In this document: piece by piece, positions 11,401 through 22,764 of the stretch | Position numbering within the stretch: position 1 is the stretch's first letter | Layout of the letters: each line of letters begins with the position of its first letter | Assembly (NCBI GenBank): GCA_965285935.1 | Contig: OZ260664.1 | Location: 66,960,001 to 67,024,000, forward strand | DNA length: 64,000 nt | From: Ophelia neglecta | Lineage: Eukaryota | Direction of reading: 5' to 3' | The notes under the pieces: model-generated | The model's database searches: none | What the model was told of the DNA's origin: nothing | What the model saw: the letters and a program-made list of their open reading frames with translations, nothing else | Made by a program: the position numbers and the translations under genes

Positions 11401-12345
11401 ACTACCAAAGAACTCATTACCCTGAGAGAAAAGTGCTTCTCGTGGGAGAGTTATCAGAATGATGAAGTGAACATGGCTTTCACCTGAATGAATTTGATAA
11501 ATCACACCAGCCCCTAGTGTATCTGCAATCCTTCTTTTAGGTATTGCATATCATACACCATCTAATAAATTTTCCACATGAGCTAATTTTGGAACACTTA
11601 GCTAGTTAGTAAGTATAATATTAATAGGGGAACATTCTTTTGAGGATATTTATAGCCCAATGCAGTCAACTTGATGGGTGATGGTTCGATGACTACTGTG
11701 CAAGCAGTTGTAACATTAATGAGTGGTAGACATGAGTACAACCATAAAATGCACCCTCATCCTATCCTTTTAGATTTAATCTGGATGTTACATTCAGACA
11801 TTTTCAGTTCAACAAAACCACTTGAAGTGGTATAAACAGCGGTGAGACATGACATAACCATAGTGGTCATGCAGGTGTTAAACTACTGTCTTCTGTAGGT
11901 TACAGCATCGTCATGATGGACCTACATCAGTCTCCCCAGGTAGTATCAGCCAATAAACTAATTTAGTGCCACTCAGAGAGCCATAAACCCCTAAAGCTGA
12001 CTGGGCCAGCCACCACCTAGCTGTCTTCCCTGGCTTTCATCATCTGACAGCAGATGGAGCTTTTTGTTTTTCGGCAGATGCCCAGTGGTCATTTCAAATG
12101 CTGGTTCTAGTTGCTATACTCATATGTCCAAATGTGGGGGCAACACTGAAGGGATCATCCAGGTGTATTGTCTACCGTGAACAAATTTTCTCACTTCTAA
12201 ATTTTCCAAGCTACTTTTTTGCCTGTACATTTGTTGCTGTATTTTTAAAAATAAATAAACATACTATTAACAGTATCTGAAAGAACAGTTCTTCAGAATC
12301 ATGAACAATACAAATAATACATTTCTTGTATTCAGAAAGCCTTAC

Positions 12346-15069
12346 CTCTAGTGTGAAATGATTTCTCTGGCTGCCGTTGTGGGAGTGGTTATCACTGATC
12401 TCTTGTCCAAGGACCGGTCTTCTCTCTTTGTATTTGACGTCTGAGTGGTCACTCTGCAGACTTTGACCATCCGGGTTCTGCTCCACTTCCACAGAAGCTG
12501 TGCCTGTCTGTATCTTATGGGCCATATCCACCCTTTGCATATAAAGGTAAGCTTCTTTAGCATGCAGAGTCTGACGGCGTTTCACGTAGATGATGGCAGC
12601 CACCAATATCAGGACAAGAACAGCAGTAACTCCACCTAGGATGATGATAATCTTCTGATGGTAGCCCAGCTCGAAGGTCTTGTGAGTCCCTGGAGCCACC
12701 AACTGGTGGGTCTCGGCAAATGCCACAGTTTTGTTGATAGTGACGAGCAGACTGCCGGTGCTGGACTTGGGGCGGTCTCCCATGTCTCTGACTATGATGA
12801 GCAGCTCATGTTTTTCTCTGATGGCTGTGGTCAGATCTGTTTCTACAGACAGTGCCCCACTGACAGGGTCTATTCCAAATAACCCCTCATCATTGCCTTT
12901 GGCCAAGGAATAGGTCAACTTGGCATTTGTGCCCAAGTCTGCATCATATGCATCTACCTTCGCAAAAATAAACCCATCTGGCGAGTAGACTGATACCTGG
13001 GCTGTGTAGTTGTCTTTATTAGGGAAAACAAGAGTTGGAGCATTGTCATTTTTGTCGGCGACATGAATCAGTATGTTGACGGTAGAAGACGGCTGGGGAG
13101 GGGCTATGTTTCTGGCTATAACCACGATGGGATACTTGTCAGTATGCTCTCTATCAAGAATCCTTGTTGAATAAATTGTACCTGTTTTTTGATCAATTGT
13201 AAAAGTGTTAAGCGTGGCATGAGACTGTTGAAGAGAGAAGTTAAAGTCCTTGAATGGTGCATCATCTCGGTCATAAGCTTCAACAGTTCCAATTTCGGTA
13301 TTCGCTGGCTGGTTTTCAAATGTGCCAAAACTATATGCAAGCTCCTTAAATTGGGGTGGCTCATCATTGACATCGATTATGGAGATTTTTACGGAGGCTG
13401 TAGCTGATTGAGGTGGAGTTCCATGGTCTTGAGCCACTACTGTGAACTTGAAATCTATCATTTCTTCATGGTCAAGCACTTTCTTGGTAGAAATGACGCC
13501 CGTTTTGTTATCAATTTTGAATACATTATTAGCAATACCACCAAGGCTGTACGTTATTTCTTTGTTATTACCAATATCAGCATCTGTGGCATTGACTCTG
13601 AGAATGGGCAAGTCAATTTCATTATTTTCTAGGATACTTGTACTGTAAATGAGTTGACTAAATTCAGGTCCATGATCATTGTCATCTAAAATGGTAACAT
13701 AAATCTCCTTGTTGGTTCTAAGCTGAGGCTGCCCGTTGTCATGACACTCCAGCAGAACACCGTATGAATCAACTCTCTCCCTGTCAAACGACTCTTTAGT
13801 AGTCATTTTGAATTCTGTCTTGTATAGCTGCTCTAGCTGAAAGTTTCTGTCATGGATCTCACAAACAATTTCCCCACTTCTGCCCTTGTCTAGGTCTTGG
13901 ACTGAAATGTGAGCCACAAATGCACCGGAAGGGGCATTTTCCATGATTTCCACATGCCCGGTAGTAGTTAGAGCATTAACAGAAATTTGTGGCTTGTGGT
14001 CATTAATGTCCACTACATTGACAAAGACTTTTGCATGGTCTTTTAATCCATCAGGGCCACTATCCTGGGCCGCAATCACCAGATTGAAGGAGTCTGTTTC
14101 TTCATAGTCTAGAGTCCCATTCAGGAAAACCTCCCCTGTGATATTGTTAATCCCAAATAAATCACCATACGCCTCCACTGTTTGTGCAGCCAAGCTGTAT
14201 CGAACCATTCCATTTAATCCCTCGTCGGGATCAGAAGCATGCACAACCACAATCGGGGTAAATTTGGCTGCATTCTCCAAGATGCTAACATTATAGATTG
14301 CCCGGCTGAACGAAGGAGCGTTATCATTATAATCTCCAACCAGCACTTCTATGCCGAGCGTTCCAGAGAGAGAAGGAATGCCTCCATCATATGCTACTAA
14401 CTGTAGTGAATACTGAGTTTGAATTTCTCGGTCTAATTTCTCTTTCAACACTAAATGTAAGTCAAAAGTGTCATCAGGATTTCTAGTGACATCCAGTTCA
14501 AATTTATTTTCCCAGTCTCTTCCTGTGATCAGTTCATATCTTTTGATGCCAAATTCTCCACTGTCTGGGTCACGGGCTTGTTGAAGGAGAAATCTTGCTC
14601 CGGCGAGTGTGCCCTCTGATATTGTAATTGTTATTTGACCTTTGGAGAACTGAGGAGCATTATCATTCTCATCTTCAATGATCACTTGAGTTTGGATAAT
14701 CTGGAAAAATTGCACTGGTCGAACAATGGCAAGATCTAATTCTAGCTTACACAACAAAGCTTGTGGGCAAATTGCATCTCTATCAATGGTGTTATTAATA
14801 CGAAGAAGTCCGCTTGTCTCATTCACCTTGAAGTACCTTGCATATTTGCCGGGCAATATATCAAAATGAAAGGAAGAGATCACATCTTGGGTGTACAGGT
14901 CCTTGAGTTTAGTATCTGCTACGATGTCTCCCACCAAAGTCTGAGTCACTAATTCTTCACGTATTGTGTATTCCAAAGATAATGCCATGCCAGCGAGGCA
15001 TAATAGCACAAAAATACACAAATTTACAGTCATTTTAGCTCTATCCATCCACATAGTCATTAAAGCCAT
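12346..15069 (-). CDS. Protocadherin (7 cadherin repeats, delta1-like), large first coding exon: signal peptide + EC1-EC7 + TM + juxtamembrane cytoplasmic region
   Basis: ORF 12211..15096 starts at TTG; the first ATG is 15069. Hydrophobic signal (NLCIFVLLCLAGMALS) is followed by LEYTIREE. Six inter-repeat Ca-binding linkers (DENDNAP, DYNDNAP, DINDHKP, DDNDHGP, DVNDEPP, DKNDNAP) imply 7 EC repeats, with DRE/DYE and AxDxG motifs. EC1 has C-x5-C (CPQALLC), typical of protocadherins. TM IIIILGGVTAVLVLILVAAIIYV (12651-12583) is followed by KRR. Donor GAG|GTAAG at 12346/12345, phase 0. A whole ectodomain in one exon is the protocadherin hallmark. Confidence 0.95.
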
Positions 15070-15386
15070 TGCCCCTTGAATGATATGTCTTGACAAATTT
15101 TACACACCAAGTCAATTGCCTTCATTTGGTCATGTTCAGTAAATGACAATGCTCTGATCAAGTCTTGTTACACTCACCAGCACGACTAATTCAGGTGATA
15201 TATATTTAGTCTCTCACTTGTGTTGCCTCTCTAGAGGATTTCTCAGCTTTCAGCTCCTTTATTTCACTATGCGATGCTATGTGGTTTCCGCTCTGCGCAT
15301 TGTAGCTTGAAGTCTGATTTACACAATGTCTTCTGCTTTCAAACCAAGGTTCAGCCAGGCGCATGGAACAATGGAACACCAACAAC
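15070..15386 (-). other. 5' UTR part of the large protocadherin exon
   Basis: Acceptor ttttttgctttgtaatcattgcag|GTT at 15387/15386, about 320 nt upstream of the first ATG. Confidence 0.6.
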
Positions 15387-18300
15387 CTGCAATGATTACA
15401 AAGCAAAAAATTAAATAGGGAAATACATGTCACAGGTCTATCAGAGTAATTAATCGTGGAAGAAATTACCGCAATAGACAGGAACATGAGCATGAATAGA
15501 CCTTATACAAAGAAAATAACTGCAGACCAGATTATGTTTCGACTCCATTATGTGTTATCTTTAGGTTTAACAATTTGTACAATATTCTAGTAGACATCTG
15601 ACTTGTTTTATGATCTGTACTTACAGAAACAAGTTTCAACAAGAAGTTGCAGTGTTTTATATCTTATACCAGTGGATTTTAAAAATAAACTGACAATATG
15701 GTATGTTGCAATAGCAGATAACAAGATTTATTTTAACTTTTTAAAAGTATTATACTGTAGTAATGAATAACATTTTAAATTTGTATCTCTCAGGTGAGGC
15801 CACTATTCACTGTGAAAAATGTGTAAAAACTACTGCCAAGTTTTCCAGGTATTTGTATGATAACCTAAATTTATATCAGCTGCATGCAATATATTTAATA
15901 CCTTGTTTGTTTTAGCTAAAGTTTCATCTATATATTTAATGAAACTTCTTGGCGATATAAAATGCATCTAGGTACACATCATGAATATAACATTTATCAC
16001 TCAGACTTGATATCAAATAATCATATTATACATGCATGTGAAATGAAGATGTAACCTTCTAAATTTCATATGTTTTTCTATCATACAATAGAGCTGAAAG
16101 AAATGCCACACCGTGCTGTTTGCTGTGCAAATTTCGATCAGCATGAAGACACAGTGGAGGTAGAAACCTCAAGGACAATCTGCTATAATGTTACATGCCA
16201 TTCAACACCTATAATGAATTAATGATTTTTTCTAAAACATCTTTCCTGTGAGTATTGAAATTGGCAATATAAAACCTGAAGAAATCCAAACAGGTGCAGA
16301 GTGGTGCGAGTCTAACATTTCTGATATAATGGCGCTGAAAAGCAACACAAAAAAGACTGGCATCTAGCCGTGGATGTTACAAATTTAGACAAGACACGCA
16401 ACCATAAGGCAGGTATAGACCTCGACTGGCCCTACTCTCCAAGAATCAACCGCAGAAGGGAAATTACTTTGGTAGCATAACCAAATTATCAGGTGATAAA
16501 TAAGGAAGCCAGTTGTAATGTACCCAATTTACAGGTATATATTTGACAAATAATTTGCAATGCTTGAGTAAGAAAAATTGCAAAACATACTATGAATGAA
16601 AGCTATGTAACAATAGCTGAAATTCATTTCAAAATAAGAAGGTATCGGAGGTACCTGGGAGCCTTCAATTAATTGTACAAGGCACATCCCGACCCTGCCC
16701 GCACATCAGGCTCCAATGACAATACATAATAAACCAAGGATATTAACCAGGCTGAAATAACACGCTTTGTAACACAGCAAAAAAACACCTGAACTGTCAT
16801 CACCCGTTATTGTGAAAGAATGGAAAGAAGGCGTATTTATACTGACACTAAATTTAACAATCATTACAATGGAAGCCTTGTTTTCTATGCTACATTGTTT
16901 TAGAGTACATTTTTGTACATACCTTGGAGTATTTAAAGAATCAGTTCGTACCGGTAACAGCTGCAGTGTTTGAAGTAAGCCTTAGAGAGTTTAGTGAATG
17001 TGTGAAGGGATCATTCTGAGTCATCTGAATTTCAAGTAAACTTTACAAACCTCCCTCAGGATGACTTGACAGCCTGTAGATCATAGAATATTGTCCACTC
17101 TCACAGTTCAACCCTATCAGCTCTGTGTAAAGAATCTGTCTAATTCTCACTGTGACACTATGCTGAAGTATATCCATCAGAAGAAATGGTCGGACAAATG
17201 CTTCCACTTGTGCCGGCACTGAAGTATTCCATGGGGAGCTAATGTGCTACCTTATTGTTGGTGAAACAATTGGGAGGAGTCCCTTGTGAGCCACTGGCCA
17301 CTGCTTGTATTGAAATGATTGGTATCATTTCTGCATGCTTGCAAGCTTGACTCATTGGAGAGCCTCTTCAAGTCACATGACTGGCCAATTTGTCCCCATT
17401 GGCTGGCGCTGGGGCCCAGTAGCTAATGAGCTTGAAGCACAGTAGATAATCAATGTACATGTAGGCCCTGTATTGCAAAGGCTATGAAAGGCCGGGATAC
17501 AGGGAAACACAATAGAAACTTCATGAAACAGTATATTGTCCAACTTTTAACTCAAGGACTGTGGCATATTACACTGAAGAACATTAAGTTGTCAAGCAAT
17601 TAAGAACTGATAGATTTCCATGGTGCACATGAGAAAAACTAACTTACTCCAATCATTCACTTTAGCATATACTGTACAAATGCAATATCATGATACATCT
17701 TCAAGTTTGTTGAATGGCCAAAAATAAACAAAATCTAATTCCAGCAATTGTCCCTGTACATGCAAAAAACAAACTAGACCCTGTTTAGGGCACTGATATG
17801 GTGTCCCAGGTTTAACTTACATGTGCATCTACCAATAAGTTGAAGGCAATAAAGTATAAGCAGTCCTTCATGGGAACTGACAGAATCTAATACACCATTA
17901 TTTTTAAAATCTACTGGAAGTTTTCCGCATACTCATGTGTATATATTTTTGGAAATGAAAATGCATGGTCAAAGTAGCTTGTGTTTTCTTTGCAAATTCA
18001 AGCTAACAAGTTTTCTATTCATTGATCAGTGATTACAAATTAATCACCATTCTATATGTAAAAAATCATCAACAGCACAAAAGATATCAGATGAGTTATA
18101 GTCAAGGCTTGGATGAGAAAGCTGTTTTACTTCCTGTGAGATAAATCCATGGCATCTGGTGAGTGATGCCTTTCTACCTGAAAGATTTATAAGAACACAG
18201 ATAGGGGTCCATTACACACTGACAGCCTTCAAGTTAGCTGAACTGATAGAGAAGGAAGAGGTTTACCAACACGTCTGCACAACTACAAACATTAATTTGT

Positions 18301-21300
18301 GACGTGAGTTGACATCAAGAATTCATCTATATACTATAGCTTTTGAACAAGCCCCAATTGATCCTTTACATGTTAATAGCCCAGAAGTCAGTAATGAATT
18401 CTCAAGCTGAGGTGGCTCTATTCCCAGGTAATTGAATTTTAGCATGGGACCCCACTTCTCACCTCTGAGGTGAAGACATCTATTCACCAGGACCCTGGGA
18501 GAGCTTATCAAATATTCATAAACTAAGAGGGAGAATTGTTTATGTGGAGTCAAGTCATGAACCATGTGGATTCTTCACACTGCAACTTGTGGCAATCAAG
18601 ACAAAGCTGCAAAGTTCTCCTTTATTGCCGACAAACCACCAGGTAAAGTAGAAAATAATCGTCCCCAATTTGCCGCATTTGCTCCACTCGAGTGGCTTTG
18701 AAAACTTAAGTCTTGATGGAGCCAGGTGGGCAGACCTTTACGGTTTTCAACTATGACACAGAGGAGCTAATTTTCATTTTGTTGTATGCTTTGAAACAAA
18801 ATATATAAAACAGCTAATTTTTCTAGTGTCCCATCCAGAAGATAGGGGCCATCTATTGTGAATGAGATTTTTATCATGTAGAATGCTTCAGTCTCACAGT
18901 TTGACTTTAACCTGTTAAAAGTGTCAGGTATCTGATATGTACAGTATGAAAGATGGCAAGATAAATAAGCCATGACATTTTATATTCAATATCAGATACT
19001 CAGCCTATAACTGGCATGTTAAGTATCTTGTTTGTGCACAAAGCAACATGGTAATTGTTTGCTGAGTGGCTAAAAGAATAAAATATCTAACAATAACCAG
19101 AGAAAAACAAAAGCATTAGATGTAGGTCTGTACCACAGCAACAGCTAATAACAACAGCGATTAAAGCTGTAACCTTTAAGTTTGGGACCTAATAACACAG
19201 TGTGTTTAATATTTGGAAAAGCAACATTCCAAATATCTCGATGACAGTCACTACTTTGTCCAGCTTAACATTGTGAAGGCCATAAAATATTAATTTCTCT
19301 CATACCACTGAATGGCTACAAGCAAACAAGAAATAAAATGTTCACCAAGCTTTATCATTATACCTGGTGTGTTGAATGAAAGAGGCAAACCTGTAATTCG
19401 GGTCTATGAAAATAACAGTGATGAGCTTTAAGAACCAGATGAATATAGTGTTTAGGGAAAGCTCTGAAAGGGGCATCAGTATTCAAACCTTTGCTACTCT
19501 GTGTTCATATAGGGATTTGGGCTGTGATTTTGGAAAGTGTTAAAGCTCTCTTAGGTTAAGAGACCTTGAGCTGTTTGAGAGATCACATTAAAACATTCTT
19601 TGTTCAGCGTCTACGAAGTATGGTGAAAAAATTGAAGGATAGCTGTTCCAGATCTGTGTACAAATCTGTGGATTTTAGATTAAATAAATAAGAGTGAATT
19701 AAAGATGAATGTTAGTTAGATGTGGTTTTAGATTATGACACCTGAGGATGGCTCTCTATTAAATATTTGTCAGCTAAAAAATTCAATGTCATCTTGGAGC
19801 ACTGCCATGGAAAGACAACAGTAAAAAGAGGTTTTGTCATGCTATATAATTTGTATAACCTATATTTATTAAAAGCAATGATTATAGTACTTCCTGACTA
19901 TAAATATAGATCTATAGCACTGCTCGTGGAAAGAATTCTCAAATGGTCCAAAAGTGATAACATATAAATATATCACATGTACATTTGTCACTGACTCTCA
20001 ATTCGTTCTCCATGCTAATTTCTAGACAACAACCAAAGCACTACTTTTCAAGGCAACTAAAAGCTTCCGCAGTAAATTTCATTGTGGACAACTTATTATT
20101 AGAACAACAGAACCTGAACTGAATCTTGTATTTTTGCCTTAGGACATGACACAGTAATCGGCAAGAACATTCTAGTCAATAAGCAAGCAAAATTGGGTTC
20201 TGATGAAAAATTAATGCTTGAACACAGAACAGCAGCCTGTATCTTGTGATTGAATATGTGGAGGTTAAAAGATGCCCGGCATATCAATTTGTCATCTGCT
20301 GGGGAGTTCCAGGGCCGCTGAGCCATACTTCATGGTGGCCATATAGAGCAGCCACCAGCCTAAAGCACTGTTATTAATTTTGAATCACCATGCTGAGTCA
20401 GTTGAGTTGGTTGAGTTGTTTAGTTACTGTTTCTATTATTAAAGTAACACCTCACAGACTATAGTCAGTGTTACGCAGTGGAGTAAACCTTTTATTTGCT
20501 TGATTGCCTGATAAAATGAGATTTCAGCAGCTGGGAATTGATTTTTCTTCAAGCTGTAGTGATTCAGGCATCAAAGATGAAGTCTGAATAGGACTAAGCC
20601 TTCAGTGTTTGATCTCGGCAGTGAGTTGAGAAAAAATATAGACGTCAAGCCAATATGTGATTGAGGTGAATGAGGTGAATCTGTATGAGTGTGAAAACAC
20701 CACCTTTTAACAAACACCAATAAACTCTGTTATAATTTTTTTTTTTATTGAAACTTTTTTTTACCTGTATTTTATTTCACATCTGGTGTCCTTTGCTTAT
20801 GAAACATTCTGTTGTTAAAAAGTAATGGAACTATATTTATTGGGCAATTTAACAAATGCATCTACAGTTGTAAATAGAGTCTGTTATTAAAAGATAGTTT
20901 TATCTAGCCTGCACTATTTCTGTTTTCTATGTAATTGTTTAGTTTATTCAGTTTTATCCTAATTTAGATGTATACAATTTTTATCTAAATCTTGGCTGTT
21001 TTCCTGTGCTGTGCATTCCAATTCCAATGTTAGCACTCTAGCCTATAAGCCAATCACCAAAGACAATACATGCTAACACGCAAAATTACTGCGTTTCCTT
21101 TTTCATAAGGACTTAAAAGCATGCCATCAGCCCTGGGAGAGTAGACTGAGTGGCCCTCTACTACCAACTACTACCAACAACTACAGCTACTACCGTAGTA
21201 CTATAGAGCAATCTAATCGTGGAGAAAGGGACCTAAAAAATCAATAGCTAAATTTTTGCAGCAGTCGGCTGCCCAAAAAAGGATAAAAAACTATGACCAA

Positions 21301-22458
21301 GGAAACGGTGTTGTAGCAAAGGGCAACAAAACATACAGAGGAAGTAAATACCCAACAGGTTTAATTTGTTGGAAGAACAAGGACTTTGCACACATTGCAA
21401 CCAATAATGGGTAAATAGAGGGGTGTGACAAATGGTGATTGTGGCTGCAGGCAGATCTATAAATACAGGAGGGATGAACGTTTTCCGACTGGAGGCACAA
21501 ACAGTGTTACATTCTTAAGCATGAAAAGTGTAAAACCCTTATTTAAGACTGGTAAGAAACACACCTTAACTCAATCAATGTTATACCAGAGAAATCAGTT
21601 AACAGTATTGTAACATCACACTGTCAAGAAAAGTTGTGATTCTTAGTATACAAGTATTCTGCAGGATGTGAAACGAAAAAATGAGAACAGATGTGATGAA
21701 CAGCTTGTCAACTTTGAAATCCCATATGGATGATTAAAAGATAAAACACACCCTGTATACTATCAACTGTTACACATGTACCTGCAGTCAAAACAGTCTA
21801 ATAATTAACAGATCCAATTGAAATCAAGACCCGCCTGTGTGGCCCTGCCGATGCTGCCGGCTGTCTTTATTTGTTTAGCTAACAAATTCTATCAATTTTC
21901 GTACCATTCTCTTTCTACCACCAACTTCAAAATTGTCCTTCACAAAGCTGGTCTTCTGAGAACCCTTTGCTACAAACTGTACATCCCATGTGCACTAGGA
22001 TGCACCCCCTAATTATTTGTCGACCATGAAGCGGTTTAGTCTTCGGGCATCCCCTCCCTATATTTTGTTCATTTATAGGTAAATTACAAAGGTAAAACCC
22101 ACAATTAAGATACGATAGATATTGTAAGGAGCACCTTTACACGGCTGTTCCAATTCACAAAAAACTAAGTAGACTTAAAACTACTTATCGCGAATAATTA
22201 CTAATTTTAAATATAAGAAATAATATTATCAGTATTAAATGCTTTCTTCAGTGTAGTGAGAATTTAATTATGGTAATCTGAGAAGTTTTTCTGTCCTCCA
22301 CCAACTAGCAGAAACAAGGCACAAAAGTGCTAAAATACTAGAACAAAAAACTTAGTTCCTGCTAAATAATATACCGGTTGCTTGAAATGAAATTAAGAAT
22401 ATGACAGTATAAATAGGATACTGAATGTTTTGAAATAGCGGGCTGAATTAATGATTAA

Positions 22459-22529
22459 CTCTTTCAACACGACAGCCCTGTCCAGAAGGCAGATATTCCT
22501 TTAATTACAGATATTAAGAGTTGAAAGGG
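22459..22529. mobile_element. Very short piggyBac-like MITE/remnant (71 bp) with TTAA flanks
   Basis: TTAA|ctctttcaacac ... gagttgaaaggg|TTAA: 12-bp TIR with 2 mismatches, CCCTTT-type terminus and TTAA on both sides. Confidence 0.55.
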
Positions 22530-22709
22530 TTAATTGGTAGGGTATTAAATTAAGTGGTGACTATTTTTCGAGAGATTTCAGTTTGATGGCTAGTTCCTTA
22601 GCTGGTGTATAACAATGATAATCACCTGACTAGTATTGTATGTGTTGTAGCTACTGCTGCCCACAGGAATGGACATTAGTGGTATAACATGAACAGTGTT
22701 TAGACCTAC

Positions 22710-22764
22710 CTTGCTAATAATGAAGATGTCCGGTCAGTTTCTCCTGTCACAATTCCTCCTCAAT
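22710..22764 (-). other. Candidate non-coding 5' UTR exon (55 nt) of the protocadherin
   Basis: Acceptor ttgtctttatgttgcag|ATT and donor AAG|gtagg bracket a purine-rich 55-nt segment. No transcript evidence is available. Confidence 0.45.

Noticed and set aside
12348-14952. Short ORFs overlapping the cadherin exon in other frames or strand
   Set aside because: Shadow ORFs of a coding exon with no recognisable motifs.
15070-15096. ORF-track start at 15096
   Set aside because: It is a TTG; the first ATG is 15069.
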